NCBI GenBank assembly: GCA_963665665.1 | Contig: OY762428.1 | Coordinates: forward strand, 5,394,199-5,458,198 | Direction: 5' to 3' | Length of the DNA: 64,000 nucleotides | Source of the DNA: Candidatus Kapaibacterium sp. | Lineage (GTDB): Bacteria > Bacteroidota > Ignavibacteria > Kapaibacteriales > UBA2268 | Part shown: in pieces, positions 40,857 through 50,389 of the stretch | Position numbering within the stretch: position 1 is the first letter of the stretch | Layout of the letters: the number at the start of each line of letters is the position of its first letter | Program-made: the position numbers and the translations under genes | Notes under the pieces: model-generated | Database searches by the model: none | What the model was told of the DNA's origin: nothing | Seen by the model: the letters and a program-made list of their open reading frames with translations, nothing else

Positions 40857-43800
40857 TTAATTCAAACCACGCGGTATTCTGATACTGAAGGTAGTTCCTT
40901 TATTTTCAACACTATCGAATTTTATCTTGCCGTTTAGTGCTTCAACAGCTCTTTTAACAATGGATAATCCAAGTCCTGTTCCGGAAATTGTCCCCACATT
41001 AGTAGATCTGAAAAAATGCTGAAAGAGATTCTTCTGATCTTTTTCCGGAATTCCTATACCCTTGTCTTTAACTTCAATTTCAACATCATTGTTGGCAGAA
41101 CGTACAACAACATCAATCGGGAGCCCCTCAGGTGAATATTTCGTTGCGTTGGTAAGCAGATTTGTCAGAATATGCTGAATCATATTCGGATCGGTATGGC
41201 AATCAATATGTTTGGATTCAGCCTGGAAATTTATTGTATGACGATTGTTATCAGCAATTTTTATTTCCTGTATCACGCTGCTGATAGCAGAATTAAGATC
41301 AATTTTTATCGGATTGATCCTGAAAGTACCTTCTTCACTTCTACCATAAACCAGTACATCATCAAGCAGTTCTGTCATAGCTTTTACAGCTTCCTGTATC
41401 CACCCAAGATGCTTATGATGTTCTTCCGGGTTATCTTCTTTAAAATAGTTCTCTAAAAGATAAGTAGAAGACAGTATCACTGTTAAAGGAGTTCTGTATT
41501 CATGAGAAACCATAGAAATAAATCTTGTTTTCAGGTCATTAAGTTCTTTTTCTTTTACCAGTGCTTTTGCTGCTTCATCATTGGCAACTTTCAGTTCTTC
41601 AAGAGCTTCCTGCAATTTAGCTGTTCTGTCTATCACTCTTTGTTCTAGTTCTTTATTAAGCTCAATGATCTCATCTTCGTCGCTTTTCCTTTTTATAGCA
41701 ATAGCGATTTGATCGGATACGAACTGAAGAATTTTCTTATCTTCTTCCGAATAGCAGTTTTCGTCTTCATAATGCTGAACGACCACCGCACCAATCACAT
41801 CACTATCCACTTTCAGCGGAACCCCAAGCCATACTTTAGAAGGAGTTCCAATAAACTCAACTATCTTACTTTTTTGAAGATTCAATATATCCTTTTCTTT
41901 AAGTAAAAGCGACCTGTTGTTTCTGATAAGATAGGAAGTAAGAGTTTTACCTGCCGGGAAGGACTTGAAATTATCTTTTGTGTCCTCGAAAAAAGGCAGT
42001 GAAATTGTATCTGTATTTTCATCATAAAGAGCAATAAAGAAATTCGTTGTATCAAGAACTTTCGCCAGGTTTTTCTTTATTGATTTAAAAAACTCGAAGA
42101 GGTCTTTGCTGATATTGGTTGATTTACTTATCTCGTAGATAACATCCTTTACAAGTTCATTTTTTCTTCGGGCTGTGAAATCCCTAGTAATACCCATGAC
42201 TGAAATAATATTTTCATCCTGGTCATATTCAGGGATAAGACGCCTGTTCAGCCAAAGCTCTTTGTTATGGCTATGGAAATGAAATTCTTCTTCTGAATAG
42301 TCACCGGTAATAAATACTTTTTTAATCACATTTTCTTTAAAAATTTTGGGCAGGTCAGATTCCTGCATTTCCGATATTGTTTTACCGATAAAGTTTTCTG
42401 CCGGCAAGCCCGTAAATTCTGACACATTCTCGCTAAGAAACAAACATCTTGCATTTTTATCGAAACGGGAAATAATATCAGGAGAATTTTCTGTTATTTT
42501 CCTGTGTCTTTCTTCGCTTTCCCTAAGTGCTTCTTCTGTACGATTTCTTTCTGTAACATCCCTTGACATAGAAAGAACTTCATTATCGCCGCATTTTACC
42601 ATTCTTATTTCAAATGACCGTGGAAGTGAATTCAATTCCATTTGATATTCAAATGATTTGGGTTCATCCGATTCAATAACATCCTGAATATTCTCAATCA
42701 TTTCATAAGCAAGATCGATTGGTACGAATTCACTTAAATGTTTTCCTACAAGGCTGTTCCTTTCAATTTTCAGATCTTCGATACCGGAAGTATTATGATT
42801 TAAAATAATTCCGCCACCATCAGCGTGAATCATCAAGTCCGGAATAATGTTCAGGATAAGCCTGTTCTTCTTTTCGGCCAGAATCCTGTTTTGCTCGGCA
42901 TTTCTTTCAGCAGTAATATCTCTTAAAATTGTAATAACTCTGATCACTTTGCCGTTCTCTTTGATAGGGATCATTCGTATATCCATAATATACTGATAAG
43001 CGCCAATCTTATACTTTTCTTCAAAAGTAAGTATCTGTCCGGACTTAAGGACTTGTTTGAATGTTGAAGTTGCCTTTTTGCCCTGAAACTTGAATATATC
43101 CATAAAATGGCTACCAATAATACTATCGGAATCATCCGAAATATTTGCAAATTCCCTTAATGGCCTGTTTATAAGTAAAAGCTGCATATCCGTATCACAT
43201 ACATGAATATAATCGGCCATCGAATCAATTGTGAGCCTGTATGATTCTTCAGACTGCTTGATTTTTGCGGCTGACTTGAAATGTTCTGTCATATCGCGAA
43301 TAATTCCTTCTACAGCTACCGGTTCACCATTACTGTTCCTGATCAGTTTGGAATTTGTTTCAACTAATATTTTCTTGCCATATCTGTTTTTAAGTGGAAG
43401 TTCATACTGGTTAACATAGTTTTCTTTGTAAAGCTTTTCAAGGAATTCATCCCTGTCTTCGGGATTGAAATAGAAATCCCTTCTGATATTAAGCCCGATT
43501 AAATCATCCATGGAATCATAGCCAAAAAGTCTTAGAGCAGAAGGAGTGGTAAGTTCAATATCACCGTTCAGGTCGCATCTGTAATAAACATCTATCATAT
43601 TCTCAAAAATATGCCTGTACTGCTTTTCATTTCTGATCAGTTCGTCCTGAATTTTTCTTTTCCTTAAAAAAGCCGCTGACTGACGCAGGAAAGCCTCTAA
43701 TAATTCTCTGTTTTTTAATTCATCATTTTTCCTTAATACCAGGAAAACAACCCCCTGATTAAGGGCGCCGTTCACAACGGGAAATACTATGATCTTATAA

Positions 43801-44414
43801 GGGCCGATCAATTTAATAAGTTGTGTTTCGATATCATTATTTATTACCTCGTTAAAAATTATTTTTAATGATTTATCAATAATCTTTAAGTCTCCGGTAG
43901 GATCCGGTTCCAGATCAATAGGATTAATAAAAAATTCTCGATTTTCAATATTCAGGAGGTTAAAAATATCCCTGTATTTTATCATCGATTGATTTATTGA
44001 ATGCTTTATTACCTTACCTTGAAAACCATCTTCTTTTGTATCGGCAAAAATTGCTATTCTTGCATCCGAAATATCAATTACCTTGTCGAGAATGTATTTA
44101 TGATGATTCTCGTCAGTTGGGAAATTGCACATTTTAATTGCCGTGTCGCAATAGGATTTCATCTTAGCAAGCTTGTCATCTTTTCGATCGGCTTTTTCCG
44201 ATCTTTTCCGGATTTCCATTGTAGCATAAAAACCTACAATAATAAATCCAATAAAGAATAAAAGCCTGCCGGGAAAACCTTCGAAACCCGTTTCCAGAAA
44301 GAGTATTTCCAAAATCGAATTAGTATCTGTAAATAGTAAATTCCTGACAATTACAATAGCCCAGATTATTAAACCAATAATTAGGGAAAAAGTAAAAATA
44401 CCTGGCTTCTTCAT
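40857..44414 (-). CDS. Membrane-anchored multi-PAS/GAF sensor histidine kinase
   Basis: Two N-terminal TMs, GAF-like region, about four PAS domains (GIIRD, ILRDIT, SRDVT, TRDFT), GAF (WLGVPL), SHEYRTPL H-box, GTGLGL. Confidence 0.93.
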   Translation of the reverse strand: MKKPGIFTFSLIIGLIIWAIVIVRNLLFTDTNSILEILFLETGFEGFPGRLLFFIGFIIVGFYATMEIRKRSEKADRKDDKLAKMKSYCDTAIKMCNFPTDENHHKYILDKVIDISDARIAIFADTKEDGFQGKVIKHSINQSMIKYRDIFNLLNIENREFFINPIDLEPDPTGDLKIIDKSLKIIFNEVINNDIETQLIKLIGPYKIIVFPVVNGALNQGVVFLVLRKNDELKNRELLEAFLRQSAAFLRKRKIQDELIRNEKQYRHIFENMIDVYYRCDLNGDIELTTPSALRLFGYDSMDDLIGLNIRRDFYFNPEDRDEFLEKLYKENYVNQYELPLKNRYGKKILVETNSKLIRNSNGEPVAVEGIIRDMTEHFKSAAKIKQSEESYRLTIDSMADYIHVCDTDMQLLLINRPLREFANISDDSDSIIGSHFMDIFKFQGKKATSTFKQVLKSGQILTFEEKYKIGAYQYIMDIRMIPIKENGKVIRVITILRDITAERNAEQNRILAEKKNRLILNIIPDLMIHADGGGIILNHNTSGIEDLKIERNSLVGKHLSEFVPIDLAYEMIENIQDVIESDEPKSFEYQMELNSLPRSFEIRMVKCGDNEVLSMSRDVTERNRTEEALRESEERHRKITENSPDIISRFDKNARCLFLSENVSEFTGLPAENFIGKTISEMQESDLPKIFKENVIKKVFITGDYSEEEFHFHSHNKELWLNRRLIPEYDQDENIISVMGITRDFTARRKNELVKDVIYEISKSTNISKDLFEFFKSIKKNLAKVLDTTNFFIALYDENTDTISLPFFEDTKDNFKSFPAGKTLTSYLIRNNRSLLLKEKDILNLQKSKIVEFIGTPSKVWLGVPLKVDSDVIGAVVVQHYEDENCYSEEDKKILQFVSDQIAIAIKRKSDEDEIIELNKELEQRVIDRTAKLQEALEELKVANDEAAKALVKEKELNDLKTRFISMVSHEYRTPLTVILSSTYLLENYFKEDNPEEHHKHLGWIQEAVKAMTELLDDVLVYGRSEEGTFRINPIKIDLNSAISSVIQEIKIADNNRHTINFQAESKHIDCHTDPNMIQHILTNLLTNATKYSPEGLPIDVVVRSANNDVEIEVKDKGIGIPEKDQKNLFQHFFRSTNVGTISGTGLGLSIVKRAVEALNGKIKFDSVENKGTTFSIRIPRGLN

Positions 44415-44773
44415 AATTCAGCTTCAAATAATAAACATGATTAAAATAAATCAGGATTAAAAAATCCCGAGCGCCCAAATGCACGTATAATTGAAAGCAA
44501 ATGTCGAGCCAAAAATTATGTTTCTTTGTGGTATAAATACTTAGGCAAGCTGTAAATTAATTTTTTCGTCATTCCATCCACCCGTCTGTCTATAAAAATC
44601 AGTACATCCTGTTCGTCATTATATTCCTATGCAAATATACATATAAACTAAGATATTAAAAAGCAATTAGAATAATTTTGTACAAAAAATGTAGTTGTTA
44701 TTATTCTTTTTGAATGTTAATCCGGAAAGATAGTCAGGTTCACTTTTATTAGCAAATTTTAATAATAAAATAA

Positions 44774-45517
44774 TTAATACATGCCTTGTCCGTTAAGCAG
44801 GCCGATATTATCGATTATACCGCTTGCTTCGATATTAAATTCAATGCTTGCCTGATAGGGTTTTATTTCTTTGGGTCCAAACTGAATTATTAGCTGCAGG
44901 GTACTTTGCGCCGGTATCTCTTTTGGCAATTGCGAACGAAAAACAAAGACGTTTTCCGAGCTTACAATTTTGTAAGATTTAACATTAACTGTCTGGTTAG
45001 TGTTATTTCTGATGTAAATTGGTTTTGATTTTGTTGTATTAACAGATTGATTCGAAAAATCTACATCACCAACTTCGACCGAAGGGACGGAAGCCCTGAG
45101 CAAAAGAAACGGTTTATCATATCCACCGATAAACATGGTATCTTTGAATACCCCAAGTTCTTTAGCAGTAAAGTTAATAAATACCGGCTGCCTGAAACCC
45201 GGACTACCCTGCGGAGCAAGAGTTACAGGTAAAGAACCGTTCAAAGGGCTGAACAATTCCGGATGCTGAGAAAATGAAAGGCTGTCAATTATCAACTGTT
45301 TTTTTGTGAGATTAATAATTTCAATATCAAGGGGCTTGGTAAGTTCATAAGAAACCAACTCATAATCCAGCCCGGTTCTATTGAGTGCAATATCGTCATT
45401 GCTTGTTCCACCGGATCCGGTTTCTGTTACTTCACGATTTGCAGGTACATCAATTGGCGAAGAACATGATACCCATGCCAAAATAGCAATTAACGTTATG
45501 ATGATAAAATATTTCAA
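44774..45517 (-). CDS. Lipoprotein with two Ig-like (ASH/choice-of-anchor D type) domains
   Basis: Lipobox AWVSC; two repeats of D(Y/F)...I.I.N.T.....I.S...P...F pattern. Confidence 0.7.
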   Translation of the reverse strand: MKYFIIITLIAILAWVSCSSPIDVPANREVTETGSGGTSNDDIALNRTGLDYELVSYELTKPLDIEIINLTKKQLIIDSLSFSQHPELFSPLNGSLPVTLAPQGSPGFRQPVFINFTAKELGVFKDTMFIGGYDKPFLLLRASVPSVEVGDVDFSNQSVNTTKSKPIYIRNNTNQTVNVKSYKIVSSENVFVFRSQLPKEIPAQSTLQLIIQFGPKEIKPYQASIEFNIEASGIIDNIGLLNGQGMY

Positions 45518-45536
45518 AATACTTTCCTGTTTATTA

Positions 45537-46706
45537 TCAGAATTTTACAGATGCACCCCAGGACATCCCGATTTTTCTGGTACTGAAGTACCTGCCGTCG
45601 AAATTATAAACCAATACAGTTCCCTCGATACCTGCAAACAGATTAAATCTGCTTGATATATCATATTTCAGTCCGATCAGGCCGCGCCCAATTGGCCCTA
45701 CACGGGTACCGCCAAGCGTGGCCCTGACAAGCGGGTAAAATCTATTGTTATCTTCAGGATCGGTAAATGAATACTGCCCGGAAACACCCCACCAGAATGC
45801 CATGTAATTTTGCTCAACTGTTTTATCATCATTGTAGAATACCTGGTTGAGATTTTCCTGCCCAAGTTCAACTCCGACAGCTAAATTATCTGTTAAATTG
45901 CCAAGAAGGCTGAAACTGAAGTTGTTAAGTACCGGATCGACAAGAGGCGCGATATCAACCTCAGGCATTGAACGGGCCGTGAAACCCCGTATCTGAAATT
46001 CGAAGTTGCGGTCCGTATTCTCATAAACAGGAGCCGGCATATTCAATTGTGTCAGATTAACATTATATTCACCATTATCAGAAAAATTAACTGGCCGCAG
46101 CAGGTTAATATTTGGTGTTACAATTTCCCGATTTTCAGGGATTTCTTCATAAGCTATATCATTATTCAAACTGTTATTATTGTCGTCATTTTCAACAGTA
46201 GAAGAAACAGAAGTATTTTCATTCATATCATTTGCAATTGAATTTACTATCGGTATTTCTTCTTCGGCAGCAGGAATTATACTGGAAAGGTCAACCGGTT
46301 GAGTAATTTCATTGTCAATAATCTGATCAGACGATGCCATAAAATAATCTTTACCAGGATGATCTGTGTTGTAATTGCTCATAATAAAGACTGTAGCCAG
46401 GGTTGACATCATAGCCGTTACAGCCATAATAAATCCCCTGTTCAAGAAAAAGCCCGCAAGAGCTCCCCCGGCAGATGATGCCGTAAGGCCGGCTGTCTGC
46501 TCGATTCCGGCTTTAAGGTGTGTAGGAGGATGCAATTGAGCGTTGCCGAACATTTTCCGGATGGACAGGTGCTCTTTCATTTCATCCTGCAGAGCAGGGT
46601 TGCTCGCCAACTCGTAGAACAGAGTCTCGGACTCTGCAGGGCTGAGTTCCCCGTCAAGCAGGGCACACAGCTTTTCTGATGATGACATATATTCTGCTTC
46701 GTACAT
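45537..46706 (-). CDS. Anti-sigma factor with C-terminal outer-membrane beta-barrel
   Basis: N-terminal LLDGELS anti-sigma helix bundle, TM near aa 88-110, N/D/E/S-rich linker, amphipathic strands ending GMSWGASVKF; directly after the ECF sigma. Confidence 0.7.
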   Translation of the reverse strand: MYEAEYMSSSEKLCALLDGELSPAESETLFYELASNPALQDEMKEHLSIRKMFGNAQLHPPTHLKAGIEQTAGLTASSAGGALAGFFLNRGFIMAVTAMMSTLATVFIMSNYNTDHPGKDYFMASSDQIIDNEITQPVDLSSIIPAAEEEIPIVNSIANDMNENTSVSSTVENDDNNNSLNNDIAYEEIPENREIVTPNINLLRPVNFSDNGEYNVNLTQLNMPAPVYENTDRNFEFQIRGFTARSMPEVDIAPLVDPVLNNFSFSLLGNLTDNLAVGVELGQENLNQVFYNDDKTVEQNYMAFWWGVSGQYSFTDPEDNNRFYPLVRATLGGTRVGPIGRGLIGLKYDISSRFNLFAGIEGTVLVYNFDGRYFSTRKIGMSWGASVKF

Positions 46707-46726
46707 TTTAATTAACCTTCGATATT

Positions 46727-47305
46727 TTATTCTTCATTTTCTTCAATATACGGGGCCAGTATATCCCTGAGTTTTTGCTTGGCCCGATAGATCCTGATTC
46801 TTATTGACGGAAGAGTTGAATCCAGTACTTCGGCAATTTCCTGATAGGACATCCCAAGGAATTCTTTCAGAACAAGAACCTCCCTATATTTTTGGGGTAA
46901 GGCCTGCAGGGCTGTTTCCAAAAGGTCAACTCTTTCTTTCGTTTCGTATGACTGGTCGCTGACCGGATAGATTAATTCTTCGAATGATAGAAAACTATGA
47001 TGTTTTCTTGCTTTTTCGTTGATACACAAATTTCTTGCAATTCTGAAAATAAACGCGCTCACATTTGTCATATTTCTTTCTTTTTTCGCGCTTTCCAGAA
47101 ATCGAAGAAATGTTTCCTGGAAGATATCTTCAGCAAGTTCACTGTCAAACAGGATCCTGTTACAATAGGTAAATATCTTTGTCGAAAACCTGTTGTAAAG
47201 TTCATCAAATGCCAGCCGCGCAGATTTTCTATTTCCACCGAGGAAATCGTAAAGTTGCTCATCGGACAACATTTTCATACTGTTTATGTCATTTCTTCCT
47301 ATCAT
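46727..47305 (-). CDS. ECF (sigma-70 group 4) RNA polymerase sigma factor
   Basis: AEDIFQETF, FRIARNLCIN, LPQKYREVLVL, SYQEIAEVL, RAKQKL. Confidence 0.95.
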   Translation of the reverse strand: MIGRNDINSMKMLSDEQLYDFLGGNRKSARLAFDELYNRFSTKIFTYCNRILFDSELAEDIFQETFLRFLESAKKERNMTNVSAFIFRIARNLCINEKARKHHSFLSFEELIYPVSDQSYETKERVDLLETALQALPQKYREVLVLKEFLGMSYQEIAEVLDSTLPSIRIRIYRAKQKLRDILAPYIEENEE

Positions 47306-47315
47306 CTTAAATATA

Positions 47316-47343
47316 CTAACAGGGAATCATCAATTTTGTCACA
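47316..47343 (-). promoter_or_regulatory. Putative autoregulatory ECF promoter
   Basis: Minus strand TGTGAC-N16-TGTTAG immediately upstream of the sigma gene. Confidence 0.45.
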
Positions 47344-47698
47344 TCATTTTTTTAAATAAAATTTTTTTATTACCAGGATTGCCGGATTATATAATACTAT
47401 GATTCCTGTCAAAAATATGGCAAAAGCAAAATAGAATCTTGAATTTCATGCTCAATATAACTAATTTCTTATATTACATAACGATTGAACTTTATATTTG
47501 TTTATCATTTCCTTCCCTTCCTTGATTAAGTTCATTTTTATTGTTAAATTCCATGTGATCAACAAGCGGAATTGGTAAACTGACAACAAAGAAAAAAATG
47601 CAATCACAGATTGGAACAAATTTTGATAAGATACTCTGAATTTCTGATGGTTGACTTTATTATTGCAAATACATTTATATTAATATACAGGAAATTAA

Positions 47699-50389
47699 AT
47701 GAAAAGAGCACTACTATTACTATTCCTTATGTCAATATTGCCTTTAAAAGCAATAAACAGAATTGACAACGAGGTTTACAAAGACAGCGATTGCGGGCTG
47801 AATTACACGGCCATTTCCGCGAAGATAACCGACCGAACGAAAAGTCCGGAACCAAACGGAAAGGGGCTGCCCCTGACTTTAGTCGTAAAGGACATTCCCT
47901 CTACCTGTGTTGAAATCAAGCAGGCTTTTGTCTGGTGGACTGTATCCTATGACGAAGGATCGCCCGAAAAACCGAATCTCGAAATCACCAACCCGTACAG
48001 TGAGAAATTTAACTTCTCTGCTGACATGACTGGGTTCGGGCCTGCTAAATGCTGGCACGAAGACGGTACGAGAGGTTTCAGAGTTGATGTGAAGGAAGCC
48101 ATAACAGGGAATGGTATTTACAGAATCGATCTCAGCAATTCTGTTAAGGAAACTGACGGCCTGACTTTATTTATTGTTTATAAGGACTACAAAGCTGATT
48201 ATCAGGGTACTTTTGTAATTTACGACGGACTTGCCACACTTGAAAAAGGTTCGTTCCGGAAAATTGTATCGGGACTTGATGTATGTGAAGATACCGATGA
48301 TGCCCGGGCATTTGTTATTATCTCTGACCTTGAGAAAGCTAAAAACAAAAAATACCCCCTGACTATTAATGGTAAAACCAGTTATTTGGATAAAAACTTC
48401 TGGAATGCTGATTTTGTTGATATCAGCTTACAAAAAGGGCAAAATTATACAAATATTGAAGTAAATGGAAGTGATGATTGTTTTTCATGGATAACAGCAG
48501 GTGTTTATTACCAGACAAAAAACTGTGAAACCTGCCCGGAACCTCTCAATCTGAATTTAACTGTATCGAAGGATACTGTTTGCCCCGGATACCCGGTAGC
48601 ACTTAGCGCCTTCAATGCAGATGAATACGAATGGAGCAGCAAGCCCTATGGATTCTTATCGCAGCAACAATTCCCGGTTGTCAACCCCAAGGTAACAACT
48701 ACATATTATGTCAGAGGAAATTATTTTAATGATTGCGTTCAGGCTTTCGATTCTGTTACAGTATTTGTATATGAATCTCCGGAAGTTGAAGCAGGGGAAA
48801 ATAAAGAAATTTGTGAAGGGAAATCAGTAACGATCGGCAATCCTGCAACTAAAGGTACAGGGCCGTATAATTATGACTGGTATCCCAAAATAGGACTTTC
48901 TGCTGATAACATTGCCGTACCTTCTGCTACTCCTCCCCAATCTATAACATACAAAGTCAGGGTTACGGATGCCAACGGATGCGAAACAGAAGATACAGTC
49001 CGTATAGTAGTAAATTATTCCCCGGAAGCCCACGGCGGGCCTGATGTCGAAACATGCCTTGGCGATTCGGTTAAGATCGGTGAAGAAGCCAGCGGAGGTT
49101 CGGGAGAATATAGCTATGAATGGGAACCTGCTGACGGATTATCAGCTACAAATATTGCTTCCCCGATGGCTTCTCCTAACCAGACAACGGCATACAACGT
49201 AACTGTAACTGATTCCAAAGGCTGTATAAATACTGACAGAGTTATTGTTATTGTAAATTACCCTCCCGTGGCAAATGCAGGAGAGGACATCGAACTTTGC
49301 CTTGGTGAATCTGCCGATATTGGATTTCCAGCCACAGAAGGCTTAGCACCTTATGAATATTCCTGGTTCCCGCCCGACGGCCTGGAAAGCACTACTGAAC
49401 CTACGGTAACAGCATCACCGGATATTACCACTTCATATATTGTTACTGTAAGCGATGCTAACGGATGTATTAGCAGTGATACTGTTATGGTTATTGTAAA
49501 TCCCCTCCCGGAGGTCAGAATAACAGCCCTCGGGCCTACGAGGATTTGCATTTGCGATAGCGTAACCCTGGATGCAGGTGATGGCTTTGCTTATTATGAA
49601 TGGTCTGACGGATCTAACGGAAGGATGCTGACAGTAACCGATGAAGGTGCATATTCAGTAACTGTAGAAAATACTAAGGGATGCCGGTCAACTTCGGAAC
49701 CTGTATACATTACTAATATTATACCGCAATCTACGATATCACTGCCAGATGAAACAATTTATGCAAAGCCCGGCGATAAAGTAGATATCCCCGTCAGGAT
49801 AACATCCTCACAAAACCTGGACTCATGCAACGCGGACAAATACCATATCTGGGTTAAATTAAATAAAAGCATACTCGTTCCAACAGCCAATACGCCAAAA
49901 GGATCGCTTGTTTTTGAAAACCGTATTATTGAACTTACAGGCGAAAGAACTGACGGCAACGAACTATTGAATCTGGAATTCACGGCAGCACTCGGGAGTG
50001 TTGAATCAACAGCAATCGAAATCCAGGATTTCTATTGGGATGACTGCCTTTTCGATTCTGAACTTGAAAACGGAGAATTTGAACTCCACGGTTTATGTGA
50101 AGAAGGCGACGTAACCAGATTGATATTATCCGGGCCTGAGGATGTCAGTTTAATTCCCAATCCTGCCGAAGAAATAGTTAATATCGGTTTTGAAGCCATT
50201 CACGAGAGTAACTTCACAATCAGTATCTATAATTATCTCGGGCAGGTATTACTACAGAGAACTATTGGCAAACAATCTCCGGGAAATATAAATACAAAAA
50301 TGAACATATCGGAATTAACGCCCGGCTCATATTTTGTTGTCGTCAGGTCGAACTTTGCAACAAGAACTAATCATCTGGAGGTAAGATAA
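47699..50389 (+). CDS. T9SS cargo surface protein with PKD/Ig-like repeats and a cohesin-like domain
   Basis: Signal peptide; repeats AG.D.E.C.G...Y.W.P..GLS...Y.V.VTD.NGC; C-terminal LIPNPA...YNYLGQ...PGSYFV. Confidence 0.85.
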   Translation: MKRALLLLFLMSILPLKAINRIDNEVYKDSDCGLNYTAISAKITDRTKSPEPNGKGLPLTLVVKDIPSTCVEIKQAFVWWTVSYDEGSPEKPNLEITNPYSEKFNFSADMTGFGPAKCWHEDGTRGFRVDVKEAITGNGIYRIDLSNSVKETDGLTLFIVYKDYKADYQGTFVIYDGLATLEKGSFRKIVSGLDVCEDTDDARAFVIISDLEKAKNKKYPLTINGKTSYLDKNFWNADFVDISLQKGQNYTNIEVNGSDDCFSWITAGVYYQTKNCETCPEPLNLNLTVSKDTVCPGYPVALSAFNADEYEWSSKPYGFLSQQQFPVVNPKVTTTYYVRGNYFNDCVQAFDSVTVFVYESPEVEAGENKEICEGKSVTIGNPATKGTGPYNYDWYPKIGLSADNIAVPSATPPQSITYKVRVTDANGCETEDTVRIVVNYSPEAHGGPDVETCLGDSVKIGEEASGGSGEYSYEWEPADGLSATNIASPMASPNQTTAYNVTVTDSKGCINTDRVIVIVNYPPVANAGEDIELCLGESADIGFPATEGLAPYEYSWFPPDGLESTTEPTVTASPDITTSYIVTVSDANGCISSDTVMVIVNPLPEVRITALGPTRICICDSVTLDAGDGFAYYEWSDGSNGRMLTVTDEGAYSVTVENTKGCRSTSEPVYITNIIPQSTISLPDETIYAKPGDKVDIPVRITSSQNLDSCNADKYHIWVKLNKSILVPTANTPKGSLVFENRIIELTGERTDGNELLNLEFTAALGSVESTAIEIQDFYWDDCLFDSELENGEFELHGLCEEGDVTRLILSGPEDVSLIPNPAEEIVNIGFEAIHESNFTISIYNYLGQVLLQRTIGKQSPGNINTKMNISELTPGSYFVVVRSNFATRTNHLEVR

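Noticed and set aside
44415-44773. Riboswitch or sRNA in the long leader of the sensor kinase
   Set aside because: No recognisable aptamer motif or strong stem by eye; an Rfam scan would be needed.
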